A stretch of DNA of 63,617 bases. It comes from a virus. Lineage: Duplodnaviria > Caudoviricetes. Shown here one piece after another: positions 9,935-21,040 of the stretch. The stretch spans positions 1 to 63,617 of the IMG/VR virus record IMGVR_UViG_3300031576_000041. One strand, written 5' to 3'. Position 1 is the first letter of the stretch, and each line of letters opens with the position of its first letter. The notes beneath the pieces are model-generated. The model made no database searches, was not told where the DNA came from, and worked only from the letters and a program-made list of their open reading frames with translations. The position numbers and the translations under genes were made by a program.

Positions 9935-12900
9935 ACTACTCATCAACATCCGAACGCAGGGCGGCTCGGAGATGGACCAGCTTCGGCGCGCCACAGGTGG
10001 GATGGCCCAGGAGGCACTGCAAGCCTCCAGGGTCGTCGGCAACTTCGAAGCCAACATTCGCAATATTTCCAAGACAACAGCAGACACCAAGCGCGGCATA
10101 GAATCCCTTGCCGCATCTATCCGTTCGGGGGTTCAGGACCCATTTGGAGCCGCAGGACGTGCAGCAGAGCGGCTCGTGTTGCGTTTCGGTACGCTTGGCA
10201 TTGCCGCAGCAGGCATCGCGGCAGCGGCAGCCGTAGCCTCGAAACAGTTGTTCGATATGGCCAGGGTGACCGGCCAGCTTGCCGAGCAGGAACTTCTTCT
10301 CGCAGAACGAACCGGCCTTACCGTTAGAGAGGTCGGGCTGTATTCGGCAGCGTCGAAAATAGCCGGCGTCAACGTAGAATCCTTTGTCGTAGCCGTAAGA
10401 ACACTCAGCGAAGCACTCAGCGAGGGGACGGAAGAGGGGCAAAGGGGCAAACGCGCCCTAACACAACTGGGGATTGAGGCGACAAACTTAAATGGCCAGA
10501 TCAAGCCGGTTGGCCAACTGTTTTTTGAAATTGCGGACGCGCTGAATAGAATACCGCAACCGACAGAACGAGCCAGGATCGCCGTCTCCATATTTGGGCG
10601 TGGGGCGCTGGAGCTTCTTCCCCTGTTGCGTGGGAACTTCCGTGAGTTGATCACAGAAGTTGAACGAATGGGTGTAATCTTCACGGACTCTGGTGTTCGG
10701 ACGGCGGCCAGGTTCGACGATGCACTGGATCGGCTCGGGCTGAAGGCAAGAAAGGTTTCCAGGGATATCGGACTGGCCGTTGCCGAGACGGCAGACGCCT
10801 TCGGCCTATTGGGCCCCAAAACACCCCTGGAAGAAACACATATTGGGACTCGTGTTGTCGGACCCCCGTTGCCGCCCGGCGGCGGTGTTGGGACCATCCT
10901 GAAGGCACTGGATGAGCGCGACAAATCCAAGAGGGCCCAGGAATTATTCGAATCTCTTCAGGGCCCACAGGAGTCCATTCGCCGGCTCCAGGCGGAACGG
11001 CAGGCGATTCTAAAAAGCATACTGACAGCAACAGAGGCACAGCAGGGCAATTTGGCAGAAGAGGCCCGCGTTATCGACGGCAAGATCAAACAGGTCGAGC
11101 GTATCTTAGAGGCACAACGAGACGCTCACACTAAGCTCGCCCAGGCGCAGGCGAGAACAGCCGCCCTGCTGAACCAATTCCGGCCACAACCCAAAACCGA
11201 GATTGGGAGGTTTGATCAGCAGGTAGCAGACGCGCTACAAGAACTTCGGGGTTTTCCAGACCTTGCGAACCAGGTAACAGCGCGAGCCGCTGAGACCCGC
11301 CAGGCAATGGTTAAAGAAATCATTGCCAAATCCATCGCATCAGGAAAGGAGATGGCGAAGGAAGCCGTCGAGAAGCTGGAAAAAGCACCGGACAAAACAC
11401 CCGAGCAAATTGCCAGAGAAGTGATGGAGCGCGCGAAGCAGTCGCTCGAATCCCAAAACAAGATAATCGACGCCTTCAGAAAGGCCGAGCGAGACCGAGA
11501 CATCGATCGCTTACGGGCATTGGAGGATTACCAGAATCGTCGAGATGAACTCCTTGCTGGACCGGGTGGTGATGTGCGTGTGGCGCAAGAACAGCATGCC
11601 CGCCGCCTGCGGTTCATCGACATCGAGCTTGAGCGTCGGCTGGCTGCTGCCGCCATGGTTCTCGACGCAGAGGAGCGGCTGATTGCGGTGGAAGAAGCGC
11701 GACACCGCGCCGGGCTGGAGTTCCAGCAGGCACAGCACAATTTCGAGCTTCGGCTCCTGGAGATGCAACAGCAAAAGCTTCAGGAGTTCCGCGATATCGC
11801 TGGCAGGGTATTCGATGCCCTCGTTGCTGGCGGGCAGACCAGCCTCCGGGATCTATTCCGCGGCATGATGTTGACACAGCTTCGCACGATCTTCGTGAAC
11901 GTCGCGGCGGAGGCGTTCAAGGGCCTCGGAGGGGTTCTCGGGGGCGCGATTGGCGGTCAGCGCGATCCACAGTCCGGGAAGTTGACACCCCTCGGCAGGA
12001 TTCTCCAGGGGACCGTCCTGGGCATCGAAAACAAGGAACTGGCCGAGGCGACCAGGAACAGCACGGCCAGCCAGCAACAACTGAAGTCGTCCACTGATAA
12101 CCTCAAAGGGAGCGTGGATCGCCTTACCGCCACGATTTCCGGGGCGGCATCGGGGGCGGTTGGGGGAGGTGGCCTCCAGGGGGCGGTCGAGGGCGTCAAG
12201 GAAGCCCTGGACGAGGTATCCGACCCCTCTGCTGCAACGTCCGCCAAGCAGCGCTCGCGCGCGGGGCAGGTCCTGGGAGATATTGGGGGCCTCGCTGCGG
12301 GCGTTGCCGGCATCATCCTTGGCGGGAAGGCCGGCGCGCCTGGTCTTGCTGCTCTCGCTGCCGGACCGCTCATTGGCCAGAGCCTGGAGAATCTTATCAC
12401 CCAGCTTGGAGGCAACAAGGGGGTGGCGCATCGAGTAGGGCAGGCTGGGATTATTGCCGGTGGAGCCTTCGGCGTCATCTCTGGAATCAAGGAGGGTGGC
12501 ACGCGGGGCACGCTCCACGCCGTGTCCTCGGCCGCAGCTACGGCGGCAGCACTGGACCCGGAACCGATCAGCAAGGCTATCCTCGCGGCGATCGCCGTCA
12601 CCACGGATATCGTTGCCTCGTTCGTGGGTCCCAATGTGGAAAAGCGCAAGCGGGAAATCGCCGCGGCACTGGAAAGGAATCGGTATGCCGACCCGAGTTC
12701 ACAGGACCTTCTGGTTGATCTCTATGGCAGGCAGATGGATCGCGACGTGGCTGGGACTTTTCGGATGCTCCCACCGCCAATACCTGGCATTGGAGGATTC
12801 GGCACGGACTTCGGGGGCGGCATATTCAGCGACATGGGGAACCACATGATTATTGTGAACGTGGACACCATGGATGCCAAGAGCTTCCTGGACAACAGGG

Positions 12901-12986
12901 GAAGGATTGCGGAGGCCGTTCGCCGCAGCATCATTGACGGGCACCCGCTTCAGGCGGAACTGGACAGCATGTCGAGTAGGATATGA
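9918..12986 (+). CDS. Tape measure protein
   Basis: 1022 aa, Ala/Gly/Leu-rich helical; TMP-like segment LGIEATNLNGQIKP..LF.EIADAL...IFGRGA. Confidence 0.9.
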   Translation: MPSGLELLINIRTQGGSEMDQLRRATGGMAQEALQASRVVGNFEANIRNISKTTADTKRGIESLAASIRSGVQDPFGAAGRAAERLVLRFGTLGIAAAGIAAAAAVASKQLFDMARVTGQLAEQELLLAERTGLTVREVGLYSAASKIAGVNVESFVVAVRTLSEALSEGTEEGQRGKRALTQLGIEATNLNGQIKPVGQLFFEIADALNRIPQPTERARIAVSIFGRGALELLPLLRGNFRELITEVERMGVIFTDSGVRTAARFDDALDRLGLKARKVSRDIGLAVAETADAFGLLGPKTPLEETHIGTRVVGPPLPPGGGVGTILKALDERDKSKRAQELFESLQGPQESIRRLQAERQAILKSILTATEAQQGNLAEEARVIDGKIKQVERILEAQRDAHTKLAQAQARTAALLNQFRPQPKTEIGRFDQQVADALQELRGFPDLANQVTARAAETRQAMVKEIIAKSIASGKEMAKEAVEKLEKAPDKTPEQIAREVMERAKQSLESQNKIIDAFRKAERDRDIDRLRALEDYQNRRDELLAGPGGDVRVAQEQHARRLRFIDIELERRLAAAAMVLDAEERLIAVEEARHRAGLEFQQAQHNFELRLLEMQQQKLQEFRDIAGRVFDALVAGGQTSLRDLFRGMMLTQLRTIFVNVAAEAFKGLGGVLGGAIGGQRDPQSGKLTPLGRILQGTVLGIENKELAEATRNSTASQQQLKSSTDNLKGSVDRLTATISGAASGAVGGGGLQGAVEGVKEALDEVSDPSAATSAKQRSRAGQVLGDIGGLAAGVAGIILGGKAGAPGLAALAAGPLIGQSLENLITQLGGNKGVAHRVGQAGIIAGGAFGVISGIKEGGTRGTLHAVSSAAATAAALDPEPISKAILAAIAVTTDIVASFVGPNVEKRKREIAAALERNRYADPSSQDLLVDLYGRQMDRDVAGTFRMLPPPIPGIGGFGTDFGGGIFSDMGNHMIIVNVDTMDAKSFLDNRGRIAEAVRRSIIDGHPLQAELDSMSSRI

Positions 12987-12990
12987 CCAA

Positions 12991-13347
12991 ATGGCAACTT
13001 TCCCAAACCTGAAGAGCGGGAAACCGGCAATGTACCCGGCCACTCGCGGGCGCGGTTACATGACGGGCACGGTGAAGTTCCTGGACCAGTCCGAGCAGCG
13101 GTGGAAGGCGCGCGCCCCCTTGACGCGGTGGGAATTGACGTTCACGGGGGTCGACGGCTATGACCTTTCGCTCGTCCGGGCCTTCTTCAACTCCATGAAG
13201 GGGGCATTCGACAGCACATGGGACGTGACGATTGGTGGGGTGCTCTATTCCAACTGCGTGTTCGAGCAGGATGATTTCTCGCCGGTAGAGCAGCGGAACA
13301 ACCGCCACAACCTGACGCTGAGGTTCAGGCAGGTTAGGAAGAACTGA
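12991..13347 (+). CDS. Distal tail-like protein (DUF2460-like)
   Basis: EQRW...RWELTF...AFFNSMKG; follows the tape measure. Confidence 0.65.
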   Translation: MATFPNLKSGKPAMYPATRGRGYMTGTVKFLDQSEQRWKARAPLTRWELTFTGVDGYDLSLVRAFFNSMKGAFDSTWDVTIGGVLYSNCVFEQDDFSPVEQRNNRHNLTLRFRQVRKN

Positions 13348-13499
13348 TGACGAACTCGGAAACCCTTCGGCTCATGCGTCTGATTCAGTGCGGATGCAAG
13401 AAACACCCGGAGTACAAGGCGAATCGTAAGCCACGGCCGGCTTGCCACGATTGTGCCGATATGTGGAAGGCCAGGCTGCGCCTGGCGGAAAGGGCCTGA
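13347..13499 (+). CDS. Small putative Zn-binding protein (50 aa)
   Basis: CKKH...CHDC; TGATG coupling to the previous gene. Confidence 0.55.
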   Translation: MTNSETLRLMRLIQCGCKKHPEYKANRKPRPACHDCADMWKARLRLAERA

Positions 13500-13505
13500 A
13501 CCAAC

Positions 13506-13883
13506 ATGGATGGGATGCGGAGAACCTTGGCAGTTGATCTGGACGGAACCGCTGCCATCAACAATGGGAAGATGGGGATTCAGATTGGCAAGCGAGCGCC
13601 CGGTGCCCTGACGACCCTGCGGGCGTTCAGGAAGGCTGGATGGCAGATCTTGATTCACACGGTTCGACCCGATGAGTGGGTGGTGAAGTACTGGTGCGAC
13701 AAGAACCTGCCGGGAATTGTTGATGGAATCAACTGCAACCCGGAGGACGTTGCTACGACCGGCATCGAGACCCCGAAACCCTATGCCGACGTGTACCTGG
13801 ACGACAAGGCCTGGCCGATTGTCGGGCAGCCCTTCAAATGGGCGGCGTTTCGGAAGAGTGCAAAGACGCGGGGATGGATTTAG
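13506..13883 (+). CDS. HAD-family phosphatase (capless)
   Basis: AVDLDGT, IHTVR and KPYADVYLDDKA motifs. Confidence 0.8.
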   Translation: MDGMRRTLAVDLDGTAAINNGKMGIQIGKRAPGALTTLRAFRKAGWQILIHTVRPDEWVVKYWCDKNLPGIVDGINCNPEDVATTGIETPKPYADVYLDDKAWPIVGQPFKWAAFRKSAKTRGWI

Positions 13884-14711
13884 GTGCCGATTTACTTCCC
13901 ACAACTGAACAGCAACGGGGTGATCACCCAACTCCCATACGAGACCAGTGCGGCTTTCCGCACGACGTTCAGTGAAGTGGCAACTGGGAAGCGCCACGCG
14001 TATTCGCAGTTCGCAACCCCCGTGTTTCGGTTCAAGCTGCACTACCGGTCCATCCCCGACTCGGAACTGACGACGCTGGAGAACTTCTTCAACGCACGCG
14101 AGGGACGCTTGGGAGAGTTCGCTTTCCTGGACCCGGCTGCCAACCTGGTGACCAGGAGCGAGGACTTCGCGGACGCCTTGTGGGTAAAGACCTTGGTAAC
14201 GGCCGGAGCATCCGTGACTGATCCGTTCGGTGGAGCGCTGGCGAAAAGCCTTGCTGCCGCCGCAGGCGATGCCTTCATGGTCAACACGGTTCTTCCAGAC
14301 GCCGCCGGCGCAGACGCCTTTGTGCTTTGTGGATCGGTGTGGGCGCGGGCGCTCTCCGCCGGCCAGAACATAGCCATCGGGTTTCTGAACAATCTGGATG
14401 TTCTGCTAAGCCAAACAACCTGGGCGCTTCCCCAGAATGCATGGAAGCGAGTTCACCACACGATCACCCTGGCCACTCCCGCGCCTGCCGCCGTAAAGCT
14501 CCGCATTGGGGGCGGTAGCACCTGGAATAACACGACAATCGAGATGTTCGGAGCGCAGGCCGTTCCATCCATGGGTCCTGGAGCCTACGCCAAGACCCCC
14601 GGCAACCCAGGCCTTCACGGGAAGTGCCGATTCGAAGCCGACGAGTTTGCTGTCCGATACCTCGGCCCAAACCAGAACTCCGTCCAGCTTGGAATCCAGG
14701 AGTACAGATAA
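13884..14711 (+). CDS. Second DUF2460-like tail protein with an inserted beta-sandwich
   Basis: LENFFNAREGRLGEFAFLDP then NLVTRSEDF..W insert; ends CRFEADE. Confidence 0.65.
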   Translation: MPIYFPQLNSNGVITQLPYETSAAFRTTFSEVATGKRHAYSQFATPVFRFKLHYRSIPDSELTTLENFFNAREGRLGEFAFLDPAANLVTRSEDFADALWVKTLVTAGASVTDPFGGALAKSLAAAAGDAFMVNTVLPDAAGADAFVLCGSVWARALSAGQNIAIGFLNNLDVLLSQTTWALPQNAWKRVHHTITLATPAPAAVKLRIGGGSTWNNTTIEMFGAQAVPSMGPGAYAKTPGNPGLHGKCRFEADEFAVRYLGPNQNSVQLGIQEYR

Positions 14712-14720
14712 GAGTGTAGA

Positions 14721-17700
14721 ATGCCACTGACAACCATCAACGCGGCGAAGGACCTGAAGCCAACCAGCTACCAGCCACTGCTGATTGCTACGGTTACTTT
14801 CACCGATTCGCCAGCAACAATCTTGCGGCTCTGCACACACCCGCTGAGGGTGTCCGATGGTGGGTTCCAGTATGGCGGGAACGACTACCTGCCGCGCATT
14901 CTGAACCAGGATATTGCCGCTACACAAGCGATGAGCGAGCAGGGTATCGACCTGGCACCGAGCGTGAACCTGATTCTTTCTGATGGCGACCGTTTCATTT
15001 GGACGAACCATGAGAAGGCCATCGGGTTCAAGGGCGCGAAGTTGAAGCTGGAGTTTATCTTTTGGGACGCGGATACCGCGACGTTCTCCAGCGACATCAA
15101 GGTCATCTTCGTTGGAATTTGCGGGCCAGCGCAACTCGACAACGAGGACGAGATTTCCGTGTCGGCGGTGAACCTTCTTAACCTCTCGCGGTTCAACTTC
15201 CCGACGCTCCGAATCCAAAAGCGATGCCCGTGGGTATTCCCGACGACGGCGAAACAACGCGAGGCGGCCGTTCTTACAGAGGACTCGCCGTTCTTCTATT
15301 GCGGTTACGGACCGGACGTCGACAGCACCGGCACGGCCATCGGAAGCCCCCCAGTGACGCCCCATGCGGATGCGCGAGGCAACTTCAACGCCGGTGTCCC
15401 GTTCACGGTCTGCAACTTCACGAAGGCGGATTGCGAAGCCCGTGGGATGTACGAGAAAGACAACGCGACGCCGAACCGAAACACAGCGCGCTACGGCGGC
15501 ATTCAGTGGTCACCCCCGGAGAGCCAACACACGAAGGGCCTGGACGGGAAGTGGCTCGACGTTGGCCAGAACCCGAACATCGCAAAGTACAACGACTACT
15601 TTCCATTGGTCTACGGAAAGAGCAACGTCGAACCTCCGGTGATGAACATTGTCGGGGATGCGAACCTCACCAAACTGGAAGCGGTTTTGTCGTTCGGTGA
15701 AATCGACGCGGTCGAAAGGGTGATCATCAATGATGTCGTGGTTGCCCAGGGCACGCAGGGCGGCAACACCATCGCCGGATTCTGGAACTATGTGGCGACC
15801 GGAACGAGGACCGGCGCTCGCAACCTGGATGCGCTCTACACCGATAGCGCCGGCCTGCCCCTCGGAGACCCCTATGGGTCTCTGGCCTGTATTGAGGTAG
15901 TCATTCCAAGGGCGCTCTCAGAGACAACCAGCACGCCTCGCATCAGGGTTCTTCTCCGTGGCCGCAAGGTCCGAGTGTACACCAATCCGACCACTTTCAC
16001 GAGAACCTGGTCAGAAAACCCGATCTGGATCATGCTGGATGCGCTGGTTCTAGCTAACTGGGACTACGCCGACATCGACATCCAGAGCTTCATCGACGCT
16101 GCGGCCGTTTGCGATGTGAGCATCACGTACACGGACCTGAACAATCTCAGCCAGACTCATGCCCGCTACAAGGCCGGCCTGGTGATTCGCCAGCGCGTTG
16201 CGGCGAACGAGTTTATCCGGGGCCTGCGGAACAACTGCAAGGCGATCCTGGGAATAGTCGACGGGAAGCTGAAGGTTTCCATCAAGCGAACTCTGGCAGA
16301 CCAGCAGCCATCCACCATTGCCGGTTCGAACTACAACACGGCGGTCGCGTCGAAGAACGCAGCGGGAACAGCGACGGATGGCTTCGTGGCGCACAAGTTT
16401 GACGAGGCAACGCTGCGTCTGGTGGATGACGGGGGCCGCTCCAAGAGCACACTGACGGTCAGTCAATCATCTCTGCAGGAGACGCCAAATCGAATCGGAA
16501 TGCCGTTCTCTAATGAGTTCAACGACTACGCTCGTGACAGCATTGAGGTTGCTAACACTGCGGATATTGTGAGGTCCGGCCAGGAGGTTCCGGCTCTTGC
16601 GCCGGCAGAGGGGATCACGAACTTCGATCAGGCAACACGCATCATCAAGTGGATGATGGCCGAAGGATTCCAGGGAAATACGCGAGGCGGAGCAGCAGGA
16701 GACACTGGCGGTACCCTGGTGTTCAGCTTCGAGACCAGCTTCACGGCCCTCCATCTTCAGGTGGGGCGGGTTTGCCTTTTCAGCCACACGCAACTTGGCA
16801 TCACCAACAAGCTGATCCGCATCCTAAAGATTCAACCTGCAACCAACTTTGAAACCTGCAGGATCACAGCAGCGCTCCACAGCGACGAGTGGTATCTGAA
16901 CTCCTTCGGCCAGGACGCCGAGCCTCGGTACGATGGCCGGCGGCGGGACCAACTCGACCGGCCCCCGTTCGCATGGCAGCCCTACGAGGTCCAGCCGAGG
17001 ACGACGGACCCGCTGTACGACTCTACCGAATGGTCCTTCGGGTTGGCCCCGATCTACGAGGCCGCTGGAGACAAAACGGCCCTCGCCCGCCTGCGCGTTT
17101 CGGGCAAGCTCCCCGTGAACGATTTCAGCGTCAACACGCGCCCGCCGTGGGTTCCGCTTCAGGGAACGACCGCCAGCACCGGAGGCGTTCTGGCCGGCGG
17201 CAAGACTTACTACTGCGCGCTCGTGGCCAAGGACACTGTTGGGGCAGAGTATGGAGTCACCGCACCTTCGGAGCTTGTGCGGATCGCAGTTCCCGCAGGG
17301 ACCAATACCAACACGATCACGATCCCTGATATCGCTTGGGCGGCGGGTTCTGTAGGGTACATCCTGTTCGCCGGGACAGATCCGACCAAGCTGGCGTTCC
17401 ACTCCACGAGCGATACGACGCCTACTTCCATCACGATCACGACGGCCCTGAATACCGCCGCCTACGGGATGCCAGACGTGGAGTTCGACAAGGCCCGCTA
17501 TAAGGTCAAGCGCGTCCTGCATTCCGGTGTCGTCGGGATCGCGCTTACTGGTTGCAACTTGAACAAGCTCATTATCCAGAACGCTGGATGGACGGTGAAC
17601 GAATGGACCAACTACGATTGCTCCATCATCGCGTTCAAGGATGCAACCCTGGCCAGCGGCGTGGCGATCACCAACGCGACCAACGCATCCCCAATTTCCA

Positions 17701-20700
17701 TAACCGCCGCCGGCCACGGCCTTGCAACGGCAGATCGTGTGTTCATAACCGGCGTGCTCGGGAACACGGCGGCCAACGGATGGTACATCGTCACCGTCGT
17801 CGACGCGAACACTTTCACGCTGAACGACTCCAGCGGCAACGGTGCGTACACGTCTGGAGGAACATCCCAAAAGGTAAACAGCCTGACCCCGTCAACGGTG
17901 GCGATGGCAATCGCCAACTATACCGTTGCTTCCAACACCGCGTCCGTCCTTACCCTCACCGCAGGGAACCCCCTTGACGACGGCGTTGGCACTGGGGACG
18001 TGCTCATTATTCGCTCCCGCCCAAACACCACCACGCCTACGACCCTCGGTGACTCTAAGTGGATCAACGCCCAGGGACCTTCCGGCCTGAACGTAAACGA
18101 AGAAACCGGGCGCATCGTTAGGTTCATTGCTGGCAAGGGCAAGGGACAGGTCGCCCGAATCAAGAGCAACACGTCAACCGTTCTGACCATCGAGGGAACA
18201 TTCCAGATTACCCCCGACGTGACGAGCCGGTACATCATCGAGGAACCAGACTGGCCGTACTCCCTGGACGATACGCCGGCGGATGTGAACCATCCCCTAC
18301 GTTCATACAACTTTGATATGCCGGTGGACAACCTGGCAAATCAAGCAGTACTCGTGCAGGGTGTTCTTGTAGATGGCGGGGAGAACGAGTCTTTTCCACA
18401 CCAGTCTCCAGTGCGAGAAATATACCTGTATGGGGATGCGGGGACCGGCGCTGCGGTTCCGCCAGCGAATATTACGGGGCTGACCGTAACCGTGGATGGG
18501 TACTCAGACCCATCGGATGATGGCTCCGTCAATGTGCGGCTGAAGGTTACGTACGTCAACCCCGTTCCCCTTGGCACCTTTGACGGCGTGCACGCTTATC
18601 TCGACGCACCAGACACGCTCGGAGGACTCTCCGTCGGCTCGATGACCGCCGGCGGCTCCGCGATACCGTTGTTCTCGCCTCTGGATCTAGGGAAGAAACC
18701 ACGGGCAGAAAACCCCTTCTTCGTTCAACGGCGAGCCCCGCAGGAATCCGAAATCTGGAGAATATACGGGGCCTCGTACAGCGACGAGGTAGACAACACC
18801 CTGGTCGCGGTAGGCGGTGCCGGGGCTACGCCTTCCGCAACCGTGACCGTCTTTACGCCGGCCCAGGCCAGCGGGGAGAACTTCGCGCAACTCGTAACCA
18901 ACCTGGCGGTCACGGTTGAGTTTGACCCGGTGTCGGGATCGCTACCACCGCGCGTTCGAGTCGGATTTCGTCGGTGGAGATTCACGGCTACCTGGCAGGT
19001 CCCGGTGTTCCCGCCGCGCAGCCGTCAGCAATCGACGTTCGGCGGCATAGACATATTGCTGGAGGAGGCCACCCTTGGCAACCGCAGCTTGCTCGCCAGC
19101 GAGCAGGGTGCCACCTACACGAGCCCGTGGTTCGACCTCCCCCGCGTGACCACGGAGTTCTGGATTTGGGGGCTCTCCTACGATAGCCGCGGCAGGCGCA
19201 ACAGCCTTCGGACGGGCGTAACCCCGCGCGCGGTTGTGACGATTCAGGCCAACGCCGCTGCCGGTGTCGCCGGACAAGAGAACACTCCGAACGTCACTGC
19301 AATATCCGCAACTTTCGTCTATGTTACAAACGCCCAGGGTCAAAAGGTCCTAATCATCACGACCGCCTATACAAAGCCAAACGACCCACGGTGGGGCGGC
19401 GTCGACCTCGGCTACGATCGCGGCGACGGCGTGTGGCGACCACTGACCGGCAGCTACTACGCCAGCGGAGCATTCACCGATACCAGGCACGAGATCACCA
19501 ACTTCCCGGAGAGTAACCAAACCTGGAAGATATACTTCTGGAGTCGGGACGTCAGCGGACAGCACAACGTATTTTTCGCGGCCGACGCTACGAAAACGCC
19601 GCGCGTTGATCTGCTCGTCACCCCACCCCCATCGGGAAGCGCAGGGGTAGAGTTCTGCGCCAACGTGACCGGACTTGGGGTTGGTGTTGCAACATTCAAC
19701 TCGGCCGACGGCGGCTACATCACCAAGCTCACGGTGACCTTCACCAAACCGACGGACCCGGCGTTCGCCGGCGTCGATGTCGTTCGCCTGGTGAGCGGGC
19801 AAGCAGACAGAGACATCAGCCTGGGCGTCACGTTATCTCCGACCGAGTTTGAGGTTCAAACCCCGGCAGCCGTGGAAAGCTGGAGCGTTTACACGCCCGC
19901 GTTCGACGTCAACGGCAGGCGCAACACGTTGACCCCCGGCGTGACTCCGGTCGTGGCTGTAAGCGTGGGCGACGGGGGTGGACAAAGCGATTTTTCCAGG
20001 GCCAGGGCGGGAACGTTCGATGGCGCAGAGTTCATCGTAAGCGCTGGTTCGTTTCGGATGAACTCCATAAGCGCCAACAAGATCCTCACCGGGCAGCTTT
20101 TGGTCGGGGGAGGCGGCGGCAAGCCAACACGAGTGGAGGTGTTTAATGTCGCCGGTACGCGGATTGGACAGATTGGCATCGATGGGACAGATGAAAGCTG
20201 GCTTAAGAGCTTGCGCGTTGGTGGCACAAGTTACGCCACCGCACAGTTCCAGGCGGACGCTAGCGGAAACGTGTCGTTGACAAACGGCACACTCGATGTC
20301 ACGGCAGGAGTAACGCGGGTCAAAATCAATCCAACAGACGGCCTCAAAGTATTCGAATCTAACCTGGCGCGAACAGCGCGGGTATTTGGAGCCGCGGGCG
20401 GGTTCTACGTCGTAAAGGATGCACAAGCGTTTTCCTTCGGTGATCTTAGCCCGTCTAGCGTATCTGTCAGCTCCGGGGTCGGAACCACCGCGTCGTTCGC
20501 GGAAATGTTCGCTGTAGCAGCGACGAACGACGCCTTCGTTCGCCTTTACGGAACCGGGGGATACAGAACGTCGCTGGAGGCCAGTGACGCTGCCGGCGGA
20601 TCGTTGGAGTTGCTACCCGTTTCGGGCAGCGCTCTTCGCCTCCGGCCCACGACCGCTACGGCCGCCACTGCCGGGGCCCAAACCTTGCCCGCAAACCCCG

Positions 20701-20762
20701 CCGGGTTTCTCAGCTTCCTGCTCGGCGGAGCGGTCATAAAAATACCGTACTACAACTCTTAA
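14721..20762 (+). CDS. Tail tip/host-specificity protein (2013 aa)
   Basis: Cys-containing N-terminal hub region, W.ENP.W...D segment, repeated FN3/Ig-like modules, fibre-like C-terminus. Confidence 0.85.
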   Translation: MPLTTINAAKDLKPTSYQPLLIATVTFTDSPATILRLCTHPLRVSDGGFQYGGNDYLPRILNQDIAATQAMSEQGIDLAPSVNLILSDGDRFIWTNHEKAIGFKGAKLKLEFIFWDADTATFSSDIKVIFVGICGPAQLDNEDEISVSAVNLLNLSRFNFPTLRIQKRCPWVFPTTAKQREAAVLTEDSPFFYCGYGPDVDSTGTAIGSPPVTPHADARGNFNAGVPFTVCNFTKADCEARGMYEKDNATPNRNTARYGGIQWSPPESQHTKGLDGKWLDVGQNPNIAKYNDYFPLVYGKSNVEPPVMNIVGDANLTKLEAVLSFGEIDAVERVIINDVVVAQGTQGGNTIAGFWNYVATGTRTGARNLDALYTDSAGLPLGDPYGSLACIEVVIPRALSETTSTPRIRVLLRGRKVRVYTNPTTFTRTWSENPIWIMLDALVLANWDYADIDIQSFIDAAAVCDVSITYTDLNNLSQTHARYKAGLVIRQRVAANEFIRGLRNNCKAILGIVDGKLKVSIKRTLADQQPSTIAGSNYNTAVASKNAAGTATDGFVAHKFDEATLRLVDDGGRSKSTLTVSQSSLQETPNRIGMPFSNEFNDYARDSIEVANTADIVRSGQEVPALAPAEGITNFDQATRIIKWMMAEGFQGNTRGGAAGDTGGTLVFSFETSFTALHLQVGRVCLFSHTQLGITNKLIRILKIQPATNFETCRITAALHSDEWYLNSFGQDAEPRYDGRRRDQLDRPPFAWQPYEVQPRTTDPLYDSTEWSFGLAPIYEAAGDKTALARLRVSGKLPVNDFSVNTRPPWVPLQGTTASTGGVLAGGKTYYCALVAKDTVGAEYGVTAPSELVRIAVPAGTNTNTITIPDIAWAAGSVGYILFAGTDPTKLAFHSTSDTTPTSITITTALNTAAYGMPDVEFDKARYKVKRVLHSGVVGIALTGCNLNKLIIQNAGWTVNEWTNYDCSIIAFKDATLASGVAITNATNASPISITAAGHGLATADRVFITGVLGNTAANGWYIVTVVDANTFTLNDSSGNGAYTSGGTSQKVNSLTPSTVAMAIANYTVASNTASVLTLTAGNPLDDGVGTGDVLIIRSRPNTTTPTTLGDSKWINAQGPSGLNVNEETGRIVRFIAGKGKGQVARIKSNTSTVLTIEGTFQITPDVTSRYIIEEPDWPYSLDDTPADVNHPLRSYNFDMPVDNLANQAVLVQGVLVDGGENESFPHQSPVREIYLYGDAGTGAAVPPANITGLTVTVDGYSDPSDDGSVNVRLKVTYVNPVPLGTFDGVHAYLDAPDTLGGLSVGSMTAGGSAIPLFSPLDLGKKPRAENPFFVQRRAPQESEIWRIYGASYSDEVDNTLVAVGGAGATPSATVTVFTPAQASGENFAQLVTNLAVTVEFDPVSGSLPPRVRVGFRRWRFTATWQVPVFPPRSRQQSTFGGIDILLEEATLGNRSLLASEQGATYTSPWFDLPRVTTEFWIWGLSYDSRGRRNSLRTGVTPRAVVTIQANAAAGVAGQENTPNVTAISATFVYVTNAQGQKVLIITTAYTKPNDPRWGGVDLGYDRGDGVWRPLTGSYYASGAFTDTRHEITNFPESNQTWKIYFWSRDVSGQHNVFFAADATKTPRVDLLVTPPPSGSAGVEFCANVTGLGVGVATFNSADGGYITKLTVTFTKPTDPAFAGVDVVRLVSGQADRDISLGVTLSPTEFEVQTPAAVESWSVYTPAFDVNGRRNTLTPGVTPVVAVSVGDGGGQSDFSRARAGTFDGAEFIVSAGSFRMNSISANKILTGQLLVGGGGGKPTRVEVFNVAGTRIGQIGIDGTDESWLKSLRVGGTSYATAQFQADASGNVSLTNGTLDVTAGVTRVKINPTDGLKVFESNLARTARVFGAAGGFYVVKDAQAFSFGDLSPSSVSVSSGVGTTASFAEMFAVAATNDAFVRLYGTGGYRTSLEASDAAGGSLELLPVSGSALRLRPTTATAATAGAQTLPANPAGFLSFLLGGAVIKIPYYNS

Positions 20763-20837
20763 GCGATGCAATGTTATGACGCTGCCATCTCTTGAGGATG
20801 GGGTATAATTGGAAAGTAAGAAAGGGCCGGGTGGAAC

Positions 20838-21020
20838 ATGCTGATTGCAACCATGCTAGTGAACGTGGTCCTGGTGCTCAACGGGTTATTCCCCCTAACG
20901 GTGCGGGTGGCGACGTTCGATTTCCTCGGTGACCTAAGTGGACTACAGGCGGGTCAATGCGCCAACTGGGAAGCTCTCTGGCCCGGAATACCGCGCCCAG
21001 ACTATTGTCGCGCGCCGTGA
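20838..21020 (+). CDS. Small hydrophobic protein
   Basis: N-terminal hydrophobic run; TATAAT shortly upstream. Confidence 0.4.
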   Translation: MLIATMLVNVVLVLNGLFPLTVRVATFDFLGDLSGLQAGQCANWEALWPGIPRPDYCRAP

Positions 21021-21040
21021 ATGAACAAAAAGGAGCACAG

